DNA of 64,000 nucleotides from Podospora anserina (lineage: Eukaryota), in NCBI GenBank assembly GCA_017654855.1, contig CM030332.1, positions 3,100,001-3,164,000 on the forward strand, written 5' to 3'. Shown here one piece after another: positions 1-10,595 of this stretch. Each line of letters opens with the position of its first letter. The first letter of the stretch is position 1. The notes beneath the pieces are model-generated. The model was not told the DNA's origin, did no database searches, and saw only the letters and a list, made by a program, of their open reading frames with translations. Position numbers and translations under genes: made by a program.

Positions 1-935
1 GGTGTGGGATCAACAAACATAGCCCCATCCTCGACCTACCTACTATAAGGAACCTGGCTCCAAATTCCGTCTTGTCTACTCCGTCAGGTTTGAATATGAC
101 TCCTTGATATCGAGCCCGTTAAACAATTGTGCTTTGGAGGGGGGGGCGGGGGGAAGGATTCATAGCTTGAATTGTTGAAATTCAGTCTGTAAGGGTTCGA
201 GAGCGATGTGTTTGGGTTTGCAAATAATTTCGAGTCTGCGTGTGAGGACGATGTATCCATTGCCCGAGCATGCCAAATCTGCATTCGGGAATGTTCTATA
301 TAGGTGACCTTGCAATCGTCAGATAGTATGTGATTCTTTAGCAAATTGGCGGCAAAATTAGCGTTTATGGGCGAAAAAATTGTTCTTGCTCACCGGTCTA
401 TAGTTAGCACTTGGCCACGCTGCTCTGGGGAAGTGCCCTGTTTGTGATTGATAAAAACCTCCTAAAGAAGCGCTAGGCTGCTGGATGTCTTCTTCAAGAT
501 GATATGGGCAAGCACTAGAATTGTTGAACTCAATTCTCGAAACAGTGTAGAGAAACGCTGCAAGAAAAGAGACAATAGTTTCGAGACCGCAAAGAAAATG
601 CTACCTAGGCATACCCCACGCTATTCGGCACCCATCGAGGATATCAAAATTTGAAACTTGAACAAGCCACCTTCAAAAGGGCAGGAGCGATCACAAGGGG
701 CAGGCACGTAATCGTCCGGTCTCCGGCATCTCACTGAAATCGGGCACTTGGACTCGGTATCAACACTCAGCAATATGACTTCCACGTCAAGGGCATTCAT
801 CCCATCCCAGATCTGACTCACCACATGACATTCCAGGCAGGGGAGACAGAATGAGGTATTATAATACATATTCAACATAATTGTACAACAGAACTAGGAC
901 CAAATGTTGAGAAGCGGGGTATCATAGATCGCCTC

Positions 936-2467
936 TCAAAAGACCTTCATCCCATTCCCGGCCGCCTGGTTCATGACAAAGGTTTTCAGGGGTCCGAGAG
1001 CGTTGACGGCGGACAGCCCCAACGATCTCAATGGCACCAGAGGTCCGCTGCCAAAGGAGTACAGCTTGTGGAGCTTATCGCAGACTCCGAGGAGGACGTG
1101 ATTGGCGGCATATCGTTCAGAAACATATGACTCCAACGACATGCCCACACCGATATCTTGCCCATGTGTAACAGCGTACTCGATGGTCTTTGCGAGACTT
1201 TGTACGTCGCCCTGACCTTGGTTCAAACCTTGACCGGCAAGCGGGTGAATGGTGTGAGCGGCGTCACCGACTAGGGCCACTCGTTCGGCAACATAGGTGT
1301 CCGCGTGTCGTAGCTTCAGAGGAAAGGAAGCAACTGTGCCTTCCTGGACGCCCGTGACAACCTGAGGAACTGCGCGGTGGTCCACAGGAGTGTGTTCCAT
1401 TCTCCATGAATATTCTTCCTCTTGTCCAGATTTCTGAGTGTGCATGTATTGCAGGTCAACTGTACTTAACGTGAAGGCAGCATTGACCATGGCGGTGAAA
1501 TCCTTCGGCGAGAGGCTCTTGAGAAGGGCCGCGTTGCTCGGCGTGGTGGACCAGACCAGTGTAGAGTATTTTCCAGGCATTGGCAGCATGGCAACTGGGC
1601 CAGTCGGTAGGAACCTTTGGTAAGCAATCTTGGTGAACTCACCACCCCAGCCCTCACCTTCCAATTCCACAGTCGCTACCACGCCATGGCGGTTGTAATC
1701 CCATCCCTTGGCCTCGATATTCGCAAAGGACCTCACAGGGCTGTTGGCTCCATCCGCCCCAACCAGAAGCCTGGCAGAGAGTTGCTTCCCCCCAGACAGC
1801 TGTACTACCGGCCATTCCCGCAGATCCAGTTCCTCTGTTTCCTCGCCGTGTGTGATATTTTCCACCCTTGCGTTGTCAAAGGTAGACACTCCACCAAGCT
1901 CCTCCAGCCGCTTCAGCAGACCAGACGTCAGATTCAAGTTCTCTGTCATGTAGGCAATTGTTGTTCCGGTATTTGGGGCAGCACCCGCCCAGTCGAATTC
2001 GATCCTAGCGCCAGATACTCCATCCCAGACTTGCATCTCCTGATATGGCTGTACCCGGTCTCGGGCCATGTGCTCCCATGCCCCAATCTGCTCGAGAAAC
2101 TTGACCGAGGAGGGCGTAAGGGAGCTGCATCGATTCGAGAACTTGGTTGGTGGAAGGCTCCATGATCTGATTTTGGAGAGATCTTGGGCTTCGACAAGGG
2201 CAACTCGGAGGTGGGAGGTGATGGGGTTTGCGCCTGGAGAGGCTACGGTTAGAAACACCGTTCGGATGGTCAGGAATGTACAGTACGGAAAGACTCACGT
2301 AAAGCAGTCAAGAGACTGAGACCAGCAGGCCCTCCACCCACACATACCACATCGTAGATATCCGGTCGAGGGGGAGCACTGGAGTAGTTGCGCCAGAGCG
2401 GTTGCCGAGCGCTCCGAACGCAGCTTTGGCACACATATACCGCTCGTCTTCTGAGGAGAGCTTCCAT
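936..2467 (-). CDS. COQ6: Ubiquinone biosynthesis FAD-dependent monooxygenase COQ6 (2 exons; intron 2243-2298)
   Basis: Rossmann motif YDVVCVGGGPAGL, LLVGADGANS, ALVGDAAHTIHPLAGQGLNQG. Arg-rich N-terminus. GTGAGT donor, CTAAC branch point and TAG acceptor join ORFs 2270..2515 and 936..2258. Confidence 0.93.
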
Positions 2468-3026
2468 GTTGTCTTTAGAAGCCCAGGTGCTTTCTTGCAC
2501 CAAACTGGGCCTCAATTGCTGTCAATGCTTCAACAAAAGAAGGTGGGATGAGGTTGCGAACAAGGGTCTAAGCTCCACTTTATGACATTGAGTAGAGTTT
2601 GGTAGCCAACCCTAACCCTGGTTCCGCTCGTACTTGGAAGCCATCTCGCGATTCAAACATGGCGATGGCTTTGTGAAGCTGCCAATTCAAGCTCCTTTGG
2701 TGGGACTCGCGCCGAGATAAATGATGAGATCCAGTTCAGTGGTAACCCGAGGCCAAGCTAGTGACTGCCGATGCGGCGCGACTGGTGCGTTTCACATCAT
2801 CACCCGTCCGCAGCTTTCCTTGGTTCTCTTTTCCTGATCCTCGCGTTATAAGCCCGCCAACTCTCATGCGCAGTGCCTCCGGTTACTAGATCTCACAATC
2901 CCATCGTCACATCAAATTCATACCAAGCCTCTGTATTGACCTAGTTTTGACTTCGCACTCGGAAACTGCAACAGACGGCCATTTACGACTCCTCAACCAC
3001 CTATCCAGCTCGCACAACTCACCAAC

Positions 3027-3623
3027 ATGTCTTGTACGTTCCTCCTCTCTTCCTTTTACAGACAACGGACAACGGTCTAACAATCCCCAGTCCTAACCAC
3101 AACCACCAACCTATCCCACTCCTCCACCCTCCCAGAAGGAACCACCCACTCCCTCGCCCTCTCCATGCTCTCAGACTACGAATTCTTCCTCTCCTGCGAC
3201 CCCGTCCTCGATTCCTTCAAACCCCTCCCACCAAATCCCTCTCCTGACCTTCCCTCAAGTATCACGTCCCAAATCCGAACTGATACCCACCAACAACGGG
3301 GTATCTCCTACACCGTCATCGACATTGTACACACCACAATCTGGGACTCCAAAGTCGTCAGCACGTACGAGTTCACCGACATTACCAATGGGGTCTTTGT
3401 TCGAATCAAGTCACCGATGGGGATAGTCATGGATACAGTATGGCAAGTTAGGGAGAAGCAAGATAAGAAAGGGGAGTGGGAGCTGGTGGAGGACTTGGAG
3501 ATAAGGTGTAACCGGCTGTTGGTGGGTGTGGTGAAGGGGCAGTGTGAGGAGGGGTGGGGGAAGATTCATGGGAAGATGATTAAGAGGTTGGAAGAGGATA
3601 TCAACAAGGCAGGTGGGAAGTGA
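3027..3623 (+). CDS. Fungal hypothetical protein, about 180 aa (intron 3034-3090)
   Basis: ATGTCTT|gtacgt...ctaac...cag|TCCTAACC splices into ORF 3165..3623, giving MSFLTTTTNLSHSSTLPEG...; protein-like C-terminal half. Confidence 0.7.
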
Positions 3624-4744
3624 GTTGTTGAGAGAGGTACGGTAAGGTACCCAGGTAGGTAGGTTGGATTAGGTTGATTGTAACAGAAACTGTTGACGGT
3701 CGGAGTTTGGTTTAGCGCCAGAGCAAGTCTAGAAATACAGTCATAGAACCGACTCTACAACCACACTCTATAACTACACTCCATACAAAACTGTACCACT
3801 ACAACTACCACTCCCCACGAGCCAATAAGCGGCCCCAGAATACCATAGCGTCAATCATCATGAAGCCCAGCAAAGAGGTCGCTCTAGAAAACACACTCAA
3901 GCTGCTCCCAAGGAAAGAACGATGTGACACGTGCACGTGAACCTACAAACGGGATTTCCCCGACCCACAACTTTGAAGCTGGCTCAAACTCCGTTTCACA
4001 ACCGGACGCCCCGTTTTTCCCAAACGGATTGAGGACGCTAGGCCTGTTTCAGATAAACGCCCAATCTGATCATGTCGGTGAGGCACACCTTCTAAGCTGG
4101 GAGTTTGGTTCAACAACATTGAAGTGTGGTTGTGTTGTTTTTTTGTTTTGGTGATTTAGGTAAGTAATTGTTTCTGTTTTTCTTTGTGATGAGGGTTGGA
4201 AATGGGATTTGGGAGTAGGAGAAAGGGGCGCGCGGATGGAGGGACGGGATGAAAAGAGTTGGGGGATCCGAGCTGAGAATTGAGCCGTGATGGAAAGAAG
4301 GGCTGGCTTACAGCCCTGATAGCCTCACGCATCAGGACATCATCGGCAGAGCCCCTCAACTCAACGTTGACGTCATTTGGGGATTATTTGCAATTGATTC
4401 ATGGCTGACAAATCGACAGAAATCTGTTTGGCGCTCTCACTCTTCTCTTGCCAAAGATTGGGCTTCACAGGGGACGGTCACAACCGCCCTCTTCTCAGAA
4501 CGCCAAGGCTGGCTACTCTTGCCTCTCTGACAACATCCCAAAGGAGTAGTACACAAGCCTCTGGCTGTTCATGAGGTGGCGATTCTGAAGCTCCCCTCGG
4601 TAGGTAAACACTGGGCTCTCGTTGTTCCATCCCAAAGTCGAGAGTCACCTGTGATGTCGACACACCCCGGCCACTAACCACAAGCAGACCAACAACGGCA
4701 GTCTTTTATCAACAAACCTGCCATTTTCCACCACAACAGCCAAG

Positions 4745-7423
4745 ATGTCGAACCTCCAAGTACGCAACTCAGACTACTTCTCTTCTGCCACCCGGCAGAA
4801 GGCCATGGAGGACGCAAAGAAGATGCAAGCATCCGTCCAAGATGAATGCGTCAAGGCCGGAAAAGAAGCACCGCCATACCTCCTTCAGGAGCTGATCGGG
4901 AAGGGAAGCTTTGGTCGGGTGTACAAGGCGACTGATTTGAACACGAAAGCCCTGGTGGCCGTCAAAATCATCGACATTGAAGAGAGCGACACCCTCAACC
5001 CGAAATTGGCTGATACCTACAGCGAGTTCATGAAGGAAATCAGCGCCCTCAAAATCCTCAGCGACAGTGGGGCGAGAAACATCAACCTCATTCTCGATGC
5101 GCTGCCAGTCGGTCAGGCCATGTGGATGGTGACAGAGTACTGCGCTGGAGGCAGTGTGGCGACCCTGATGAAGCCGACAGCTCCGGGAGGCTTGCAAGAG
5201 AAGTGGATTATTCCGATTTTGAGAGAGGTGGCGGAGGCTGTGTATTGGGTGCACAAAGAAGGCATCATTCACCGCGACATCAAGTGCGCCAATGTGCTGG
5301 TCACAGAGAGCGGAGCGGTTCAACTATGCGATTTCGGCGTTGCTGGCATTGTTGAAACGAAGCTTGATAAGCGGTCGACCTTTATCGGCACGCCTCACTG
5401 GATGGCCCCCGAGCTGTTCGACCCTGTGCCTTCTTACAGCACACCAGTCGACATCTGGGCCTTTGGTTCTCTGGTGTATGAGATTGCGTCTGGTCTGCCT
5501 CCCAACGTCATGCAAGGGTTTAACATACCCCAGCTTGGCAATTACATCAAACATAACGCCCCACGGCTGGAAGGTGATCAGTACTCGGACCAGATCAAGG
5601 ATCTTGTTGCTTTCTGCTTGGTCGAAGACCCAGCAAAGCGACCGACTATTGAGCAGGTTCAACGGCATCCATATATTGCTAATACCGAGGGCACACATCC
5701 TACCTCGAACCTTGCCAACCTGGTAAAGGCCTACAAGCTCTGGGAAGGACAGGGAGGCATCAGAAAGTCGCTCTTTGCTCCTGTTGGCGCGCAGGGCCCG
5801 TCCGACTACACGTCCACTGCTTTGGCCAACGATGAGTGGAACTTCAGCACGACAGTCGACTTTGACCAGCAGCTCATGAACACTGATGCCCAAGCAGTGT
5901 ATGATGTCTACGGCACAAACGTGGAGTTTGACTTTAATGAGCAGTTTGCACCCCCTCCCAAGCAGAAAGCGCGGCGTCGCCTACCTCCCCAATTGCAACC
6001 AGCCGTCAAGGCTCCCCTCGAGAAGCTCTTTGATCCCAACACAATCTCGGGCTACGAAGAGAACTCTCGTGCGTATTACGGCAGACCCCCACCTCCCCCA
6101 ACCTCAACATCTGATCTTCCGTTGAGGGACGATTCTCTTCATTCCACCTTGCGAGAGTCCCTCATCGATCTCGACATGTCTTTCGATGGCGATGATCTCT
6201 CTCAGTTTGTCGACATCGAAACCAACATGGAAACCATCCGTGCCGGCATGCGAGCTCCCAGCGAGTCAGATTTTGAGGAGAACACCCTCACCGCGGCCGA
6301 CAGCAACAACAGCAACGACCTGAACAAGCCTCCCCGAAGTGACCCTGCAGACTTCAACCCCAACCGCCGCACCCAAGACTGGAAATTCCCCTCCATGGCA
6401 GCCCCCGCATCAGCTACATCAGAAATGTTCCGCTTCCCAGCCATCAGCGAAAACAGACCTGCCCCCCTCGCCCCAGCACCCACCAACGACCGCCCCCCTC
6501 TCATTCACCACCAAACCGATCCCTTGGGTATGCACTCAGAGCCCTACGTCGAGCTCATGACCCCCAACCAATTCCAAGACAACCGCGCCTCTGTCGGGAG
6601 TCTGATCGACCTTGACGAAAGTCTCGCCATGCCGGAGTACACAAGACCGTCAACCGCCAACAGCGACGTCGCCTCTATGGCGGGATCTGACATCGGCGGC
6701 GCCAACCCCTTTGACCTCGAACGCCACGCCTCGCTGTATCAACCCTTCCAAACCAACAGCACCAACGGCAGCTTCGGCGGGGGTGTTGGACCACCGAGCG
6801 GCATCAGGGAACCGTCCATTTACATATCTGACGACACGGATTTCTCTCGTCTTAGTCTGGCGAGCGCACCCGAGGATCAGATTGTGATTCCGGACTTTAG
6901 CACGCCGCCGCCGAGCAGTGTTAATGGTGGGGGTGGGGGCTCGAGGGCGCAGTCGAGGGCGCATTCGAGGGCGGATAGTTATGATGAGGATGGATATTCG
7001 GCTAATGAGTATGGCGGTGATTCGGAGTATCTGACTATGATGGGTGGTGGTGGGCCGACGGGGGGGAGTGGGAGGAGGTCGAGGGCGCAGAGTAATGCTA
7101 GTGTGCAGTTGCAGTTGCCGAGGATGTTGGGGATGAGCGGTAATGGGGGGGAGTATAGTGATAGGAGGGGGGAGAGGATGGTGAATGGGGGTGGGATGAA
7201 CATGAATGGTGGTGGGATGGGGATGGGTGGCGAGATGCCTGCGCTGCCGGGGCCGCCGAATGCGAGGGTGATGCAGGGGATGGCGAGTAGGGAGGAGACG
7301 AGGGAGGATGTGATGAGGTTGTTGTCGAGCTTTTCGGAGCATTTGAGCTTTGCAAATGTGCATGTTTCTGCGTTGCCGGTGAGGGCAGGGCGGAGAGGAA
7401 GTGAGACTTATGCTCCTTCTTGA
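4745..7423 (+). CDS. STE20/germinal-centre Ser/Thr kinase, POD-6/Kic1/Nak1-like (MOR/RAM pathway)
   Basis: Single 892-aa ORF. N-terminal kinase motifs IGKGSFGRVY, VAVK, HRDIKCAN, CDFG, FIGTPHWMAPE, then a long low-complexity tail. Orthology to POD-6/Kic1 is inferred from architecture. Confidence 0.88.
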   Translation: MSNLQVRNSDYFSSATRQKAMEDAKKMQASVQDECVKAGKEAPPYLLQELIGKGSFGRVYKATDLNTKALVAVKIIDIEESDTLNPKLADTYSEFMKEISALKILSDSGARNINLILDALPVGQAMWMVTEYCAGGSVATLMKPTAPGGLQEKWIIPILREVAEAVYWVHKEGIIHRDIKCANVLVTESGAVQLCDFGVAGIVETKLDKRSTFIGTPHWMAPELFDPVPSYSTPVDIWAFGSLVYEIASGLPPNVMQGFNIPQLGNYIKHNAPRLEGDQYSDQIKDLVAFCLVEDPAKRPTIEQVQRHPYIANTEGTHPTSNLANLVKAYKLWEGQGGIRKSLFAPVGAQGPSDYTSTALANDEWNFSTTVDFDQQLMNTDAQAVYDVYGTNVEFDFNEQFAPPPKQKARRRLPPQLQPAVKAPLEKLFDPNTISGYEENSRAYYGRPPPPPTSTSDLPLRDDSLHSTLRESLIDLDMSFDGDDLSQFVDIETNMETIRAGMRAPSESDFEENTLTAADSNNSNDLNKPPRSDPADFNPNRRTQDWKFPSMAAPASATSEMFRFPAISENRPAPLAPAPTNDRPPLIHHQTDPLGMHSEPYVELMTPNQFQDNRASVGSLIDLDESLAMPEYTRPSTANSDVASMAGSDIGGANPFDLERHASLYQPFQTNSTNGSFGGGVGPPSGIREPSIYISDDTDFSRLSLASAPEDQIVIPDFSTPPPSSVNGGGGGSRAQSRAHSRADSYDEDGYSANEYGGDSEYLTMMGGGGPTGGSGRRSRAQSNASVQLQLPRMLGMSGNGGEYSDRRGERMVNGGGMNMNGGGMGMGGEMPALPGPPNARVMQGMASREETREDVMRLLSSFSEHLSFANVHVSALPVRAGRRGSETYAPS

Positions 7424-7869
7424 ATTGCAGGCATTATTCTGGATGACGAAATAATGTTCACATTGGTATTAAGGTCTATTGTAATCAATGATAATAAACT
7501 TGGAAGTTTTGGCAATGTTAAAATGGCTGGTCGTGTGTGAGGATTGAGGGACTCGAAAGATAAAGGTTGGGAAGTGGCAGCCAAGTTTTGAACGCGAGAG
7601 GATCATATCAAGAGAAAAATTTCTGAATGACTCAACTTCAGCACTTACACCACAACAACGCGCCTACAACACGTCCTCAAAACACGACTCAAAACGTCTC
7701 ATTTTATTGAAACAACGTCAGTCAATCGATCCAAATCGACAAATTGGCTCCCTTTCCCCGCCCCAGTCTTTCCTCGCGGTGGTCCGCAGCAACACCCTTC
7801 AGGTTCTCACTCCAACATTTTCACCCCACCTTTCACCATCATCACCACCACCACCACCTCACTTCCAAA

Positions 7870-9111
7870 ATGTCAACCACCAACCCACCACCACCACCCC
7901 GCAAACTCAAAACCCGCATCCTCACCATCCCCCCCTCCTCCCCTTTAGGATCCTGGTCCTCTCCCAACTCCCTCCAAACCTGGACCCTCCCCCCAACCCC
8001 CCTCATCCCCCCCTCCCTCACCCTCGCAGCAACAGCCCTCACAACCTCCACCGCCTCCTCCTTCAGCACACCCGTAGCCTTCCCAACCGAAACCGTCTAC
8101 GGCCTCGGCGCCGACGCAACCTCGTCAACAGCCGTGAAAGGGATTTACACGGCAAAAGGCCGACCAAGCGACAACCCTCTCATCGTCCACGTCTCCGACC
8201 TCTCCATGCTCAGCACCCTTTCCACCATTCCAGAGATTTACCACGAGTTAATCTCCAAGTTCTGGCCTGGACCACTGACTATCTTACTCCCTGTCCCGAC
8301 CTCCGGTCAGCTGCTAGCCCCAGAGGTAACGGCTGGACTGACCACCTTTGGCGCGAGGATGCCTGACTCCCCGTTGGCAAGAGCGTTGATTCAACTGGTG
8401 GGCAAGCCGCTCGCTGCTCCGTCCGCAAACGCCAGTACGCGCCCTAGCCCGACAAAGGCTGTGCATGTGCTGGAGGATTTGGAGGGGAAGATTGAGCTGA
8501 TTCTGGATGGAGGGGATTGTGCAGTGGGGGTTGAGTCGACTGTTGTTGACGGGTTATGCAACCCACCGGTGGTTCTGAGGCCAGGAGGGGTAGGCATCGA
8601 GGAGATAAGACAAGTCAAGGGGTGGGAGGGGGTGGTGAAGGGGTATAAAGACAGGAGCGAGGTCGGGGAGGGGCATAAGCCGAGGGCGCCGGGGATGAAG
8701 TACAAGCATTACAGCCCCCGGGCGAGGGTGGTGCTTTTTGAGGGGCATAAACCCGTCAATGTGGGAAAGGAGCTGGAGGGGGGCGGACAAAAAAAGGTGG
8801 GGGTTATCAGGACGGGGGAATGGGAGGGGTTGGCTGGGGAGACAGAGGGGAGGATAGAGAGTGAGGAGGGTGGTTTTGCTGTTCGGCAGGGGAGTTTGAG
8901 GGATGAGGAAGGGAAGGAGTTGGCCACGGTGTTGGATGTTGATCTGGGACGGGATGTTAAAGGGGTGGCTCATGGGTTGTTTGCTGCTTTGAGGGAGCTG
9001 GATAGGCTGGGGGCTGATATCATTTTTGTGGAAGGGGTTAGTGATGGGGATGATATTGCTGCTGCGGTTATGAACCGTCTTCGCAAGGCAGCATCCGAGA
9101 TTAGGCCTTAA
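7870..9111 (+). CDS. SUA5: Threonylcarbamoyl-AMP synthase SUA5 (t6A pathway); possible non-AUG N-terminal extension from 7744
   Basis: VAFPTETVYGLGADA, KGRPSDNPLIVH, FWPGPLT, AAPSANAS, GVESTVVD, APGMKYKHYSP, AVMNRLRKAA. First ATG at 7870. Confidence 0.95.
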   Translation: MSTTNPPPPPRKLKTRILTIPPSSPLGSWSSPNSLQTWTLPPTPLIPPSLTLAATALTTSTASSFSTPVAFPTETVYGLGADATSSTAVKGIYTAKGRPSDNPLIVHVSDLSMLSTLSTIPEIYHELISKFWPGPLTILLPVPTSGQLLAPEVTAGLTTFGARMPDSPLARALIQLVGKPLAAPSANASTRPSPTKAVHVLEDLEGKIELILDGGDCAVGVESTVVDGLCNPPVVLRPGGVGIEEIRQVKGWEGVVKGYKDRSEVGEGHKPRAPGMKYKHYSPRARVVLFEGHKPVNVGKELEGGGQKKVGVIRTGEWEGLAGETEGRIESEEGGFAVRQGSLRDEEGKELATVLDVDLGRDVKGVAHGLFAALRELDRLGADIIFVEGVSDGDDIAAAVMNRLRKAASEIRP

Positions 9112-9330
9112 CTCAGAGTCAAAAGGCGAACAGACATCGATAGACACGATCTCCCAAGAGAATACACCTCATCAAAATTCTGCCCACACTATACTCACTA
9201 CTTCATACGGTAATTTTTTAAAAAGGACCCCGAATTCATAATTCTAAATATCAGAGACGCCTGCTTAACCCTCCCTTATTCATTCTCCCCCACCCAACAA
9301 CATTACATGACCACAATAATGGCCTCCAAT

Positions 9331-10066
9331 CTACCGCATCCACTCCAAAATCTTGGACTTGCCTATTTGCGCCAAGTTGTTCATGCCCTGCTCGGTGAAG
9401 GGGTCGATACGCCCCAGGTTGGTGTCTTGATTTGGCGCCTTGGAGCACCGCTGCACGATGATAGTCGGGTCCGTCTCCAAGACCACACCATCATCAACAA
9501 TCTCGTCGATGGCGAGGGAGACGAGGTCGTAGTTCTCGATGATGGTGCGCTTGTCGACCGACTGCTTGAAGAGGAGGTGGAGGGCGTCGCGGAGGGCGAG
9601 GAGGACGTTGTAGAGGAGGATTTCGTTTTCTTCGACGCCGCCGACGACGTAGATTGCCACGTCTTTTGATTATCTGTCAGCATAGCTGCTGAGAAGGGAG
9701 GGGAGGGATTTAGAGACAGGACATACCAGCCTCCATCTTATAAAGCACGATCCGGTTGTCGAATAGAAGGATGTCTCCTGTTTGCTTGGCCGTCTTTTGG
9801 AGGAGGGCCTTCTCGAAGCGGACTTGGGCCGTCTTGTCGGCGAAGGGGTTCTGGGCGGAGGCGGGGGCGGCGGTGCTGGAGGGCTGCTGGTTGGCGGCTT
9901 GGTGGGGAGGGTTGTACCATTTGGAGAAGATGCGGGAGCCGTCTTCGCTGGAGAGGATTACTATCGTCGGGGGCATGGCAAGTCAGCTTCAGGAGTAGGT
10001 GTGCTGGAGCTTTGGGAAAGCTTTACGGATAGCGTTGACGCTGTACAGCGACATTCCTGGGGCCAT
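9331..10066 (-). CDS. RET3: Coatomer subunit zeta (introns about 9961-10026 and 9663-9726; possible tiny terminal exon ending at 9251)
   Basis: Spliced product MAPGMSLYSVNAI-ILSSEDGSRIFSKWY...LLFDNRIVLYKMEADVAIYVVGGVEENEILLY...KRTIIENYDLVSLAIDEIVDDGVVLETDP, typical of zeta-COP. Confidence 0.9.
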
Positions 10067-10360
10067 TTTGGCTGTGTATTAGTGGGTATCTTATGGTTCG
10101 CGGTGTAGGGTGAGGGTGGTGGAAAAGGGGTATCTCGTTCGGGGGCGGTGGTATCGTCGTCGTGGATGTTGTTGCTTGTGGCTGATGATGTGAAGCTGTC
10201 CACACAATGGAAATTGTGGGGTCCAACTTTTAAAAGGGAGCGGCTCGCTGATGTGGCTTGAGCTGGGTGTCCCCACATTTTAAACGGCACGTACCTGGGC
10301 CAGGGGTTTAATGGATTGGGAGGCCCCGCCCCCCCCCCACTTCCCCTTTGACAGGCTGAG

Positions 10361-10400
10361 ACGCGTAAAGTGGTTTTTTTTTGCTGGACGCGTTTTCGCG
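10361..10400. promoter_or_regulatory. Two MCB boxes (ACGCGT at 10361 and 10388) plus an SCB-like TTTCGCG upstream of MCM4
   Basis: Exact ACGCGT hexamers about 200-235 bp upstream of a G1/S replication gene. Confidence 0.55.
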
Positions 10401-10595
10401 TTGCTCCTTTTCTCATTCCAACACCCTGAAGTTCTTCAGAGTCCCACTCTGGGTTTCCTAGGAAACACCTTCATCCCACCGCTGCCAACACCCCCTTCAA
10501 CCACCATATCGAATCCTCGTCTGTTGTAAATCATTGGTCTTATTTTTTGTGCCCCCAAATTCAGTCAAAACAGACGACAGAGTACAACTTCAAAA

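Noticed and set aside
621-878. ORF containing PFEGGLFKFQI, reminiscent of E2 ubiquitin-conjugating enzymes
   Set aside because: No HPN motif or catalytic Cys region found nearby in the frames I read; it lies just downstream of COQ6 and is likely chance.
2608-2619. Telomere-like AACCCTAACCCT upstream of COQ6
   Set aside because: Only two units; too short to call an interstitial telomere or a binding site.
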